Position numbers and translations under genes: made by a program. A stretch of DNA of 63,221 nucleotides, the filler included, from Choristocarpus tenellus KU-1152 (taxonomy: Eukaryota; Protista; Phaeophyceae): the NCBI GenBank assembly GCA_964200185.2. It is 9 parts of 9 records of this genome, joined end to end, with 100 filler letters (N's around TTAATTAATTAA, not from the genome) between each part and the next. Parts side by side here need not be neighbours in the genome. Positions count along the whole stretch, not along the records: positions 44,972 to 60,273 come from CAXNAD020001021.1; positions 60,374 to 63,221 come from CAXNAD020024224.1; 7 more parts are not named here. One strand, written 5' to 3'. This document shows positions 50,114 through 62,936 of the stretch, piece after piece; position 1 is the first letter of the stretch, and every line of letters starts with the position of its first letter. The notes beneath the pieces were generated by a model, which was given only the letters and a program-made list of their open reading frames with translations, searched no databases and had not been told where the DNA came from.

Positions 50114-51287
50114 TGAGTGAATCCAGGAACTTCGCAATGCAGCTAATGAGGTTACAGCTCAAAAAGGGTACTTCAAGGATATAACTATAAATAGTAACAG
50201 CTAAACTTGTTACGTACTTCTCACCTGTGACACACTAGGCGAACAGTTCATACCAACGTGTTCTTCTCCCTTTCCCCCAACTATGGGTCCCTGGTCCACA
50301 GAAGAAAGAGCATTGGGTCTTGAAAGCCTCTTCTGGTGCCGCTTTGCCACACTGCACACACATATGGCAGGCAATACAGGGTGCAAAGGAGGGAGGAATG
50401 AACAGCACGAGTCAGGGATGGAGAGACAAGTCGGTCTAAAGGAAGAAATGGTTGTGGAACTTCCATAGAGCATTGAGGAATCAGAGGGCAACGAACTCAT
50501 CCCTAGCAAAAAGAAAAATTGCTCAAAACCGCCTTGTGAACACATGAAACTGTTCTTAATATATATCTAGCTTCCGTGCTTCAAAGGCTCTGTCACGCCA
50601 AGTGAAACTCTGTACGTGTACCTGCACCTAACCCTTCTTTCAGGAGGGAATGATCCTACTAACCCTGTTGGGCCTCTATAGCGCAAACCAACCTCGGGCC
50701 CAACCCTGATGTGAGGCGCTCATTGTTCCAACTTACTTGTAACGGACTTGCTTTCCCTTTTCAGGGTGTAGAGCTCCCAGTATGTCGTTGTCCACTAACT
50801 TGTCGCCCTCTCTGCTCCCAGGTTCCCTCTCCCTCTGTGCCATCTATCTTGTGATCACGTGGGTGCATCCCAAGGTGGACAATGTGTGCAGAGAGCAGCA
50901 GTGCCAGGAAAATGCAGTATCAGAGTGTGGCAAGGGTGGAGGTTACTCGTTTTTATTCTAACTATTTTTTTCCTCCCCCATTTCCCCTTTTGGATTGTGG
51001 TAGCGGTGGCGTCAATATTTACTGTGGAGTATAAGCACTTCTGATGCCATCAAAGTGTCAACTGATAACAGCATAAGATCTTGTTAAAACATAGGTTACT
51101 CATCTGTTTGTTCGTTGATAGGATACAGTTCCACCAGTCAACACTGACTGTTGATTGGTCTGTTACGCTCTGGATGTTACTGCCATAAGTTCATCATCAC
51201 CACATCAATTACCATCAGAATACCGTTGCACAGAACAGTCGCTCTGCGTTCCACACGCAAGAATAGTATACGTTACTTGCTTACATG

Positions 51288-51474
51288 GACCCAAAGTATC
51301 TGGGGGAGGGGGGGGGGGGGGGGTCTACACCAGGTTGTCCATTTGGGGCATAACTAGGAATAGTGCACTTACATTATCCATCCAACGTATGCAACCAAAT
51401 AACACAAAAATCGCGACATGAAAAAATTGGCCCCAAATGGACAGCCGCCACCACCTCCCCAGATACTTTGAGCC
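51288..51474. mobile_element. MITE family B
   Basis: TIRs present; ATG TSD. Confidence 0.88.
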
Positions 51475-51587
51475 ATGTACGATGCATTTGATTCAGGTTT
51501 TAACAGATCTCACAGGGCTTGTCTTGTCAATATTTTTTTGGCTCATCGTTTTTTCTTTCTTGGTGCTCTTTAAACTATCCTTGCTTA

Positions 51588-51835
51588 GAGTGAAAGTAAA
51601 CGAGGGGTACTCAGCGTTTTGGATGCTGACAACTATGAGAAGGATTCAACTCTTTTTTTCCAATGTGTATGGGATATATTCTCAATGGAAATGTCTCAAA
51701 CAATAGAGAAACCACTACTCTCAAGTCAAACTCACCGCTTAATCCAGGGAAACACTGGTGAATTGCAACAAAATAACAAACTGGCTTAAAATGCAAAACG
51801 GCCAAAACCTGGATACCTCTGGTTTACTTTTACTC
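51588..51835. mobile_element. MITE family C
   Basis: GAGTGAAAGTAAACGAGGGGTAC ... GATACCTCTGGTTTACTTTTACTC. Confidence 0.8.
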
Positions 51836-52381
51836 ATACCAAGTAGCTGAAGTGTGGAAATTGATGGTTCGTCAACAATATTTGAGGTAAGAACCATGCC
51901 ATTCATTATCGTTATCAATTATTTTTTGGGGGGTAAGAACATTCAATCTGCTTAAGTAAGATACACCGCAACATAGATAGGCATGTTATGAACGAAAAAT
52001 ATACTAGAGAGTAACCGCTGGTTGGCAGAATGACACATTTTTTCAGTGTTGTACGGGATGTATTCTACAGTAAATCCCCATACCATACACAACACTTGAA
52101 AAACACACACATATATGTTAGACCTAGGCAGTGCATGCCATAATGGGTGAACTGAATGCTATTTGCAGTGTGGACTGCCGATACCGTTTTGCACTGGCTC
52201 TCTGTCCTGTTGTCGAATCTGGAGTAAGCGAGAGGTACCCAGGTTTAGGCCGATTTGTATTTTTAGTCCGTTTTTCGATATTTTGCAATTCATTCATATT
52301 TCTACAGATGGAGTTCTAAGTTTCACTCGAGAGAGTTATTTCTCTATATCGCTTGAAACTATTCTGAAACAATTCATAAAA

Positions 52382-52638
52382 GAGTCTAAGTATCTTAGAG
52401 GGTAGAGCTGCATCTATTTGGTGGCCAAAATCCAATATTGCGATTTTGATGTCGTTTTGGCTATTATGTTTGTTAGGAAGTGTCAATATCCTCGTTCTAG
52501 ACACACCTTTTCATAACGTATTTATTTAACTACTCTGAAACATTTTGGAGTAGGTAAAATGTCATAAAGTACCCGTTGGAAGCCAAGCCCCAAACGGAAA
52601 ACAGGGCAAAACTCGTACCCTCTACGATACTTTCACTC
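52382..52638. mobile_element. MITE family A nested in a family C copy
   Basis: Same TIRs; AAA TSD; flanks (~52222-52745) are family C sequence. Confidence 0.88.
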
Positions 52639-53500
52639 AAAATATCCCACACAAATTTGTGAAAAGAGTCGAATTTGCACATATATATATCTGTTAGCAT
52701 CCTTAAAATGCAACTCCCGGTAGATCTTGTTTATTACTTGGACTCACGCACACCTGATAAAACTCATCAACCATATTATTACATTTATATATTAGTACTA
52801 TTACTTGTGTTTATCGTTATACCATGTATCCTGGTCACTCTGCAGATGTGGCTATCTGCTGATGTGGCTATCCTACATTGTTCAGTCGCTATATCGATAT
52901 CGATGTCTTTATTACGTGTACTCCATAGTATGAAACAATGCTTGCATGTAACCATGTTCTCGCATGTATACTCGAGTATTGGACATGTGATTCTACACCT
53001 TCAGTTGAACCAGGACAAAAGACAAACGCCTCCTTTATGACTGTCATCAGTCCCTTGGTCGTTGGTGAACCCACATGTAAGGCGATGGTGCTTGAAGAGC
53101 AAGTCTGTCCTCTTGTGAGTATCTCAATTTGCTGATTCAACTTCGACATATACTCAAAGTTTCATTGGACACCGGAGTCAGCACTACTACCACGACACTT
53201 GTTCACTATAGTTTTGGTTATGCCATGTTCCTCTACAATATCGCAGAACATCTTACTCAGAGGCTTATGCCAGAATCTCAATCCACTCACGAACATACAC
53301 AACAGAACAACCCACTCACCATATACAGGAGAGAGATTTTACACACATAATTTTTAATATTTACCCATAAAGCTTCCTTGTTTCCCCTTCACGTGCAGAG
53401 TTTATGCTGGCGAAGAGTCCTGATGGACTGAAAAAAATGGTTCGGCATAAATACCTGTAGGGGCTCATGTGTGATTTACACACCCCATTCTCCATATATA

Positions 53501-55219
53501 CTTCCTCTGTCCCATAAGTCTGAGCCGTTATGTTGTAGCTCTCTTCGGAATGACCTCCAATTACAAAACAGACCTTTGCGTTAGATTCCTTGGAGTATTT
53601 TACATTAAAAAACGAAATTTCAATGAATTATACAAAGAATTCTGTTCTGAAATGGTTCGGAAAGAATGGAACATAGAATGGGGCATATTCTTATAATATT
53701 TTAATGTTCCTGCTGCAGCATGGAGCTGCGCAACACTCTCACAACCCCCATAATGAGCCCCCACAGCCCGTCATTCCCGGCACGAAGCCCACTGTTTCGG
53801 GGAAAGAACTGCAAGCTGACCGAGGAAGGTCGGACCACACTTGCTCTGCATTACGCATTGGCTCTTCCTCCGGGTCACGAGAGGCTCCTGAGTGTGTGGG
53901 GTCTAAATTGGCAAAGGAGTCTGGAGTGGGAGAGAGACAACCTAGACGGGTGTTGGCATGCTTCAAAGAACAATTAGACAGGGGGAATACTGTCTTCCCG
54001 AAATCCCAAGCACGATCTGGATGGCCATCGGACTTTAATGTTAACAACACAAGCGAAGATGCGGGAAATCAACGCCAGTAATCACATGCTGACTATCAAC
54101 CAACTTTTTGCGAAGCTCGCTGAAGCGGGCCTCGCAGTTGGCAGCTCAAACCTTCACCACTGACTCGAAGCCATGGGGACAACAAGGGTTCAGCGGTGTG
54201 CCGCCCCTAGCCCTTCTTTTTCTCACAAGGACAGGGTGGATTTCATCCTCGACCAGATATCTCGTAACCACAAAACGTACAAGACTGGCCTCAACACCAT
54301 TCACATCAACGAGGTGTGGTTCTACCTCATTCGTGAATGCGAGATGGTGCGCATGTTCCCGGGGGAGGAAAAGGTGGGCTTGACAAAGGTGCAGCACGAG
54401 AGTCAGATTCCCAAAGTGATGTTCATCTCTTGCCGTTTTGTGCCCGGATCCTTCCCATGATTTCGATGGCAAGATCGGGATCTGGTGGGTTTGCGCCATG
54501 AAGGAGGTGTGACAGACTACAGCGTGGCACACAAAGGGTGAGGAATATGAGGTCGATATCACCGTCGACGTCAAGTGGTACCCGGAGTAGTACATGGAGC
54601 AGCTGTTGTCAGTGAGGAAGGTAAAAATGCCGTGGCTGGAATCGGGGGGGGGGCTCTATACAGCAGGACAGCGTGACCCCGCATACAGGCAAGGTCATGG
54701 TGCAGAATCTGAACGCTGCAGGGATGGAGGAGGGATGGAACACTAAGCTCATGATGCAGCCAGCGCAGTCGCGCTGGATCTCAACATCAATGATTTGGGG
54801 TTTTTTGCATCCCTGAAGAGCAGGGTTTGGTTGGAGCGTTATGGCACCGTTGATAAACTTGTAGAGGGAGTTTCAAGCACGTTCCAAGCATATGATGCAG
54901 ACACGCTCGAGAGGGTGTGGCATAGTCTCTTTAAGACGTACAATCAGATGTTAAGAGCACTGGGGGGAAAAGATTTCGAGGTAGAGCACACTGGAACCAA
55001 AAAAAGGCAGCAGGGGGGCGGGTTGACTAGATCAGTTGAAGTAGACCAAGCGACCTCCGCGGCGGCCCTGGATTGGTGGTTTGATGGTGTCAAATAAAGG
55101 TGAGACATGTTCTTTTTTGTAAAATACTCCAAGGAATCCATCGCAAAAGTCTGTTTTGTAATCGGAGGACATTCCGAAGAGCTGTAACTTATTGGCCCAG
55201 ACGTATGGGACAGAGGGAG
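53501..55219 (+). mobile_element. Full-length Tc1/mariner DD39D-type (Stowaway-like) DNA transposon with decayed transposase
   Basis: ~110-bp TIRs (CTTCCTCTGTCCCATAAGTCTGAGCC... / ...GGCCCAGACGTATGGGACAGAGGGAG) flanked by TA on both sides. Transposase motifs across frameshifts: IHINEVWFYL, IPKVMFI, FDGKIGIW, KMPW, QQDSVTPH, QPAQS..DLNINDLGFFASLKS. Confidence 0.92.
53780..55097 (+). pseudogene. DD39D mariner transposase pseudogene
   Basis: Fragments lie in ORFs 53704..54081, 54173..54460 and 54795..55097. The first catalytic Asp reads N (HINE for HIDE), with several frameshifts and stops. Confidence 0.85.
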
Positions 55220-55436
55220 TAGGAACATTAAAGAGGAAGTAATGTCCATGAAAGCATAGGTACACAACAAGGGTCAATTGGTTTAAGAGTAAGGTGTTCT
55301 CTTACGGGTAACCTGATGAAGTTGCAGTCACGCTCTCTCCTTCATGGTAACTTTTTTTCGTTTTCAGTAGTATATTTGGCTGGGGAGGACCAGCCCATGT
55401 TCTTGTCCAAGACATGCTCAGCTTGCAATCCCTTAA

Positions 55437-55702
55437 GGTCCAAGTTAAACGAGAGGCACCCAGGGTTTGGTCGTTTGCACTTTAAGCCACTTTCCCCCCC
55501 ATCTTTAGCAATTCACCCTTACTTCTATGGATGGAGTGCTAATATTGACTTGAGAGCGTTGATTTCTCTATTGCTTGAAATTTTCTCAGCAGAAGTCAGT
55601 AAGGTCCCTATACGCACTTGCACAAAAACGCCGAAATTTACACACATTTGCTAGCATACTTGAAATTCAACCCTTGGATACCTCTCATTTATACTTTGAT
55701 TC
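55437..55702. mobile_element. MITE family C
   Basis: Degenerate TIRs; TAA TSD. Confidence 0.8.
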
Positions 55703-56331
55703 TAAGATTGGCGTAAATTGTGCTTAGGTGTGCACCGAGGAAAGCAAATGGCACCAGCCATGATGCGAGAAAGTGAGAAGGTGAAGACCAACCCATCCCA
55801 CCTGGTAGAGGAGGCGACTTACTGCTACATGCTGTTTTGCTTGTACCACACCAACTCGCTCCTGGACATACCCATTGAGCATCCCCCACACTTCTGTTGC
55901 GCTGGTGAGGTCAGAGTCACTTTGTGGGGGCATCACACTGTTCATCTTCAAACAAGTCCAGGACAAAAGTGCACATCATATATAGGCACCAAGATAATGG
56001 CAAGGGCGAGGGAGAAGCAGACAGGGGAGAGGATGGAAGAGTGGGTTGGCCCAGGTAGCTGTTGTAGGTTTTCTTTCGTGATTTTGGTCGTTACGTTACT
56101 TGCGGAAGCTCAGACTGACTTGCTGTGGAAGGACTACTATCACCACTCTGTTGTTGGGTGGGATGTGATATGAAAACAATACTTCCCCTGTTCAGCATCA
56201 GTTCGAACAGTTTGTGAGGTGGGCAATAAATGCGCAAGATGGTATGACATCAGATTCCCAATACTATTTGGAGGGGTGTTGCAAAAACCTAACATGAGGT
56301 TCTGTTAAAATCTCAGCGAAATCCGACTTAT

Positions 56332-56512
56332 GGTTCAAAGTATCTGAGGGGAGGGGGTGGCGGCTGTCCATTTGGGATGAATTTCTTCATGTCGCGATTT
56401 TTGGGTGATTTGGTTGCATACGTCGGATGGATAATGTAAATGCACTTTCCCTGGTTTTAGCCCAAATGGACACCCTGGTGTAGACAGCCCCCCCTCCCAG
56501 AGACTTTGAGTC
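56332..56512. mobile_element. MITE family B
   Basis: TIRs present; TTAT flanks both ends. Confidence 0.88.
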
Positions 56513-56641
56513 TTATGCCTGTCTGTTTCTGATTCTTTCATCATCCGCTACAGAGCCACAAAAAACGCCTTCCCCGTGCGATATGCGGTGGTTGTACCTG
56601 ACCCACCAATTTTTCTGACAGGTGCTGAATAGAAGAAGTAC

Positions 56642-56908
56642 GAGTCAAATTATCTTAGAGGGTAGAGCCGCGTCCGTTTGGGGTTCAAAATCCACTGTTG
56701 TGATTTGGATGTAATTTTGGCTATGTGTGTTTGTTAGGAAGCGCCAATATCCTTGTTCCGGACACAACTTTTCATAACATACACATTTTACCTACTCCGA
56801 AACATTTCGGAGGAGTAGGTAAAATGTCATTTAAAAAAAAGACTTGGGAAGTCAAGCCCCAAACAGACAAACAGGGCAAAACTCGTATCCTCTAATGTAC
56901 TTTCACTC
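56642..56908. mobile_element. MITE family A
   Basis: Same TIRs; TAC TSD. Confidence 0.9.
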
Positions 56909-59057
56909 TACTCAACATTCAGGATACCTTCAGCGTTGACCTCACAATGGTCCACTGTGTACTGTAGCATATCTCTAGGAACCTACAGTGGTCCCGAGAG
57001 ACTGGCAATTCAGTATTTAATGAATGAGATTTCTTATTCCCCATAAACCTGCCTGACTAAATGCAGTTCATAGCCAGCAAGGCTTGACAAGCTGATGAGG
57101 AAGTTGTACAACAGAAACGGATACCGGTGATGTAGATGTGTTGCCTGAAGCTCTCCTTCTATGCAGTCTCTCCTCTGTCAACACATAAACAAAGAGATCC
57201 ACATTTCGTGACTACACTCCAATCCGCGACTTTCACTATTGCCCCCCTCATAGCCCTCCCAACACCTGCTTCCTCTACCCAGCGACTGCTGACCCACTTG
57301 CATGCACTCCCACCTGCTCAAGCCCTCTGCAAGGTTCTTTTCTCACCCCTCGTGGACATGGTCGCTTCCTCCGCCCCTGACATGTGGGTCTCCTCGCCGT
57401 TAATGCACCAGAGCCTGCAAAACACTGCCTGCAACCTTGACCTCCTTTTGAAGGTGGGGGTGCTGGAGTGATGCAAGGCAGGTGTAAAGAATGCTCCCCT
57501 ATGACCACCCTTTCCTTCTTCTCCCTCGCCTCCTCCGTGATACCTTTCCCAGATCCTAACCCCTCCCCATCAATTATCTCCTCTGTAATCACCCCATTGC
57601 GAGGAATCCTACTGTGCAAGTCTCCATCTCGGAACCTGCCCCCAGTTGATTCCCCTGACCCCCTGCCCTCTTTCCCCCCTTTACTTCCCTGTTCTTGCTC
57701 TAGCCTCTCCCTTTGCTCATCACCAAGGTCCTCTCCTGCACAAGAGATAACAGAACGAGTGGGCAGTGCCTCAGTCTCCTTGCTTCCCGGGGTCTGAATA
57801 GACCTTCCTGACTCCACCACCAACTCGCCATCCCTCGCCTCCAATACAGACTGCTTTTCCGGGTCATTCACCCCAAGCCCCCACCGATGTGGCATTTCAG
57901 AAGAGAGCTTTTTCCTATCAGGTGGATGTGGACGCCTCTGCCTTTGGACTGTCCCCTCCTTCTGTTGAACAGATGACAGCAGAAGGTGTTGTTGCTGCTG
58001 TTGTTGATGTTGTTGTTGTTGTTGGTGGTGGTGAGGAAGAGTTGAGGCAATGGCCACCTTCATCTTGACCATGGCTGCCTCTGCCTTCAGTGACTTACTT
58101 TCAGCATGGGAGAGGGAAGTGACACAAGTCGAACGAGATTGAAAAGATGCCAACAAATATGAGAACGGGACCAGGGACAGTCTATGCTAATGAGTCGGGC
58201 AATATTTCATGGGTGGGGCTGTGAGGGGTGTGGGGGGCCACGGAGGTGATTATGGTTTGGCAACAAGAGCAATAGATTTGGCCAGCTTCAGGAATGTTGT
58301 GAAAGTCAATTTTGTGCTTTGAAAATGCTCCAGAGTAGGTACAACAAAGCAACCTATGGAGTGAAGTGCTACGTGCAGTAGGTGTTGGATTCTTCTATGT
58401 GGTGAATCCTGAAGCCGTTATATCAATATTTCCTCCATATTGGTTCCTCTTGGACTCAGGTGAGATCATGGTAATCATATCATCCAGTGAACAATGCTTT
58501 CTGCCTTAACTCTACCTAAGGCCCTCAAATAGTCACACGTCCCCAAACTCTCCTGTTTCTTGTCCACTCCACATGCTACTAATACACTTATTGCATGTCC
58601 TACCTGCAACTCCAAAGTTGGTAGTCAATGCCCCTGGGACACTCAAACAGTTCTTCTCTATCATGCCCAGTTGCAGTTCATCCTCTGCACCGCCCTCACC
58701 TGATAGACGCATTGTGCATCTCCCTCTCTGCTTGCAGCTGTCTTTGGTACTCTGATGCCAAAGACACAAGGTGCTCGATGCGCCGGTAAAGTTCAAAAGT
58801 CTGTGTTTTTTGTTGGGACCAAGGGGTGGAACATGTGGGTATTGGAGCAACCGGCTATGTATACCACACAACACAGATAGAGGCTGTAGTGCAGGTCACC
58901 CACTACCTAATTAAGTCTTGTCACTCTTATTGAAGGGGAGTCTCTTCCTAGCCAGACAGCAGAAGTCCAGCTGAGCATTAGTCGTTGTTCCTATCATCTT
59001 CTGGGGTATCTCAAAGAGAATAAGCAAATAGCATGTTGGAGTATTGCGCCCGCCTCG

Positions 59058-59241
59058 GGCTCAAAGTATCTGGTGTGTGTGTGTGTGACAGCTGTCCATT
59101 CGGGTACCATTTTTCCATGTCGCGAACTTTTGGTAATTTGGTTGCATGTATCGGATGGATAATATAAGATCACTTCTCCTGGTCAGGGCCCAAATGGACA
59201 CCCTGGTGTAGACCTCCCCCCCCCCCCAGATAATTTGAGTC
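59058..59241. mobile_element. MITE family B
   Basis: TIRs and shared internal sequence. Confidence 0.88.
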
Positions 59242-59526
59242 TCAAACTAAAGACCGGCATCAGGCCTCAAGGTTCAAGTTTAAAATATTCTTGCCTGTCC
59301 ATCCTGGAAGTCCCTCTCCGTCTTGAGCTCCAAGTTCTCCTTCCTAGTGAGGATGAATTCCTCATTCAGTCCAGCCTCCAGCTCCTGCCTTGCCTTCTCA
59401 ATGCCTCTGGGTACAAACGAGAAATATGATGGGAGGAGGGTGAGGAGGGATGGGCAGTGCATACCAGAGAGGAAAAAAAGTAGTGGAGGGTCTGAGACAG
59501 GGATCCAGAGAGCTCTATGAGGGATC

Positions 59527-59812
59527 AGCCAAAGTGAATGAGAGAGGTACCCAGGGTTGCACTTTAGGGATGCCGACAATTCTGCCAAAAGAACTACTAC
59601 ATTTTATACAAGCGGGTAAAGGAACACTTCTGAACTCCGTCAGAATCTTTTAAACGCTATAGGAATCAGTGCTCTCAAGTCATAACCCTGACGCTTCAAC
59701 TATAGAAATAAGAGCGAATCATAAAAAAAATGAAAAAAAAATGGGCTAAAACAGCGGAACGGCCAAAACCTAACGGCCAAGAACCTGGGTACCTCTCGAT
59801 TTACTTCTGATG
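59527..59812. mobile_element. MITE family C (degenerate)
   Basis: GAGAGGTACCCAG ... CTGGGTACCTCTCG inverted cores and shared interior. Confidence 0.7.
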
Positions 59813-60169
59813 ACTTGTGAACCAGGGGCTTGCAGGAGAAAACGGAAAAGATCGTGTCAAAGGATGTCAAAGGGTGTCAAAGGATGTCAGTGAACCAGGG
59901 ACTTGCTGGAGAAAGTGGAAAAGAAAGTATCAAATGATGTCAAATATATGACGTATACGAGGAGAAGAAGAGAATTGGGATCCTGTGAGGTATTCCAGGG
60001 GACTGGGGGACAAGGGTACAAGGGCACGGAAATGTAGATTGCCATACCTCAGGGGGAGTTGAGGAACAACGGGAGTTTGAAAGGAAACATTTACAACAAA
60101 TTATTGATGTCAACGCCTACTCCACCCACTTTGTCAAGCGTAACTGGAAGGTGGTCCGAGAGGTTGGTT

Positions 60170-60214
<45 letters not shown>

Positions 60215-60373
60215 GTTGGGTGGTGGGGGGGGGGGGGGTGGGTGTGGGGTGGGGGGGGGGGGTGTGGGGGGGGNNNNNNNNNNNNNNNNNNNNNNNNNNN
60301 NNNNNNNNNNNNNNNNNTTAATTAATTAANNNNNNNNNNNNNNNNNNNNNNNNNNNNNNNNNNNNNNNNNNNN

Positions 60374-62936
60374 TACAAGCCATTTCAGCTGTAATTACGA
60401 ACACAGGTGCACACTCACGGCTCTGATCCATTGCAGAGGTTTCATTCCGCCTAGAGTGGAGATGTTTGCCCTCAGTTGGCGGACGGGCCCCGCCTGTTGG
60501 TCGCCAGATGAAACCTTCTGCAGAAGTTGGGCCACCTCCCTCTTCCTCTCCTTGTAGTGGGGCTTGACCCAGAGGTCGTGCATACTGCACTTCTCGTATG
60601 CGAGCCTGTCCATTTCCCTGGCAGCCCGTGCATCATTCACGTGACGCCCGGAATTCAGAGAGGTTTTGCAACAATCAATAAGTGCGGTGCAGGAAAAGAC
60701 GCTGACGGTGCATTTTACAATTCAGAGGCGCATGGCAACGTATGGGTGCGCAGGAGATACGGAAAAGGCAAAAAAAGATAACCGCTGCAACTGCACCATT
60801 TACCAACCTTTGGAGCTCTGGTTTCCACTTCTCCTTGGGCACAATCTGCCTGGTGCGCGAGATAACCATCTCAGACATGTGCGCGTCCGATTCGATGTCC
60901 TTGTGGTCCCTCGCCGTAGGAGCCTTCCTGTAGAACGACTTGTACCTGCTAAAATAGAATTGCCATGAAGGACGTCAAGGAGAACGATGCACAGGTTATG
61001 AAGAGGAAAGGGTCGCCACTGCAGCAAATATTCATGGATCGATTGTCGTACTTCCTAAAAGACAAGAGCGTACATACACAGGAAACACACACTGTTTGTA
61101 GAATTACCAGAATACTACGAAGGGATTTTCGTTCGACACAACAATGGCCGACTACATTCTTCATCATAGGATACACTTATTTCACGTTCCTGTGCAATGT
61201 GCTGTGACCTGCATAAACTGCGCTTACTGCTGTCTACACGATGAAACACAGTGGCGTTTTGACTTGCCTAGCAAACAGATGGATGCATAGCCCCTGCTTG
61301 AGAGAAGTGAAGCCGGCAAACTCCTCGCTCATCAGATAGTTTAGTGTGACTGCATTGCGGTCAACCTGTGGTGACGAGGTCTCACACACTTCCTTCAGTA
61401 CCTCGAAGGACTCTGGTCGAAGGGACTTTACGTCTTGCTGCCAGTTTCGTAGAGTTGTTTTCGCCGGGGGAGTAACGCCCACCTTCGCGATGGGCAGAAA
61501 ACGGAAAATATTATGCACCCAGCCAGCGAGGATGAGGCATCATTATTACCACGCCAACGTGGTATGTTTGTGTGTGTGTGTGTGTGTGGGGGGGGGGGGG
61601 ATTTCAGGCAACACCGTCGATAAAACAATCAAGGACTCTTTTTATTGCACGTCTGTGGTTAACCACACATACTTACTACATGTCACCCGAAAATCAATAA
61701 GTTGGTTGACAGGGTATCTAAACGCGGGATAGCTATCTCAACTTAGGTTGAATAGCAGGACACAGAGAGATTTCGCAACAGCTGTAACCCAACCAGAGGA
61801 GTAGAGCGCAACCATCCTACCAATGTCGACAACTCTCTCACCTTTTGGTACATTTTGCGGATCTCTGCTAGTGACACTTCTTTCTTCTTCGTCTGTCGCT
61901 TGATAGCTTCTTGGAGCTCGTGCTGAAAATATATTTTATCGTATAACGTGCGCTCAACCACACTCTTGGTCGCGTCGTTGAATGTTATAAACGTGGCGGT
62001 GCAGTGGGCGAACGGGACAAGGGTTAGATGGGGAGCGGTCGCGGGACACACGCGGCCTGCGGTACCGAGCAACATGTTGCTGTGGACAGGAATACCACGA
62101 GGGATAAAAAAGACGAGCAACGAAAAGATCCACAATGGGCTGACTGACGATGAACATAGCAAGGGAAACTTGGCAACAACTTCGTAGATCAGAATAGTCA
62201 TCAGGCGATCATGGAACAACGAAAACACTCAACTTCGGTGCTTAGTTGATCAGAGTGGTTAGGTGATCATGGAACAACGTCATGATTATCAACTTACTCT
62301 GTTGCTTACTTGATCAGAATGGTCAGGCGATCATGGAACAACGAAAAAACTCCATCACCCACCGTTGGCAATGAGTGAAAGTATCTTAGAGGGTACGAGT
62401 ATTGCCCTGTTTGTCCGTTTGGGGCTTGACTTCTCTCGGGATTTCTTATGACATTTCCTACTCCAAAATATTTTCTGAGTAGGTAAAATGTGTATGTCAT
62501 GAAAAGTTGTGCCCAGAACAAGGATATTGGCACTTCCTGACAAACACGATACCCAAAATTACATCTAATTTGCAACATTGGATTTTGGTCCCTAAATGAA
62601 CACGGCTCTACCCTCTAAGATACTTTGCCTCGATTAGACTCTCTTCTGCTTGGTTGAACTCCATGTAGATCCGCATGGTGAAAGCGCGCTCGGGATCAAA
62701 CTCTCTCTTCAGCACTATTCTATAGTTTCTGTCCAGTGTACGTCCTTGAATGGCAAGCGCAGTTTCGGCGTTGAGCTGGTCCCCATTACCTAAACAGTCT
62801 CGCTGGATGACAACACTTGGAGCAAACTGCTCCAGCCAGCCTTTCTCCTGTATAGACTTCCTCACCCGCGCAAGGCCACGCTGGCTTAAAGGACACACTA
62901 TCTCCGTGCATGTGACGTTTGTGAGTTTCATCTTGT
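60374..62936 (-). pseudogene. Spliced pseudogene with ParB/sulfiredoxin-like N-terminal domain, disrupted by a MITE
   Basis: Exons 62936-62363 (MITE at 62373-62631 inside), 61984-61842, 61482-61268 (GC donor), 60945-60808 and 60665 onward join in consistent phases (1, 0, 2, 2). The N-terminus PLSQRGLARVRKSIQEKGWLEQFAPSVVI...TLDRNYR resembles the ParB SI..G...P.V...DGxHR pattern. Confidence 0.6.
62373..62631. mobile_element. MITE family A inserted in the ParB-like exon
   Basis: Same TIRs; AAT/GAT near-TSD; the host reading frame resumes after removal. Confidence 0.9.

Noticed and set aside
53501-55219. Fanzor/TnpB-carrying mariner
   Set aside because: The element length is filled by the transposase; no RuvC-like ORF is visible between the TIRs.
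57275-58156. 293-aa ORF as a host gene
   Set aside because: Low-complexity (poly-Q, G/E-rich) with no recognisable domain and flanked by decayed sequence; possibly a retroelement remnant but unsupported.
62185-62350. Repeat-spacer-like triplet GATCAGA...GATCATGGAACAACG
   Set aside because: Only three degenerate copies inside an intron; best explained as local duplication.
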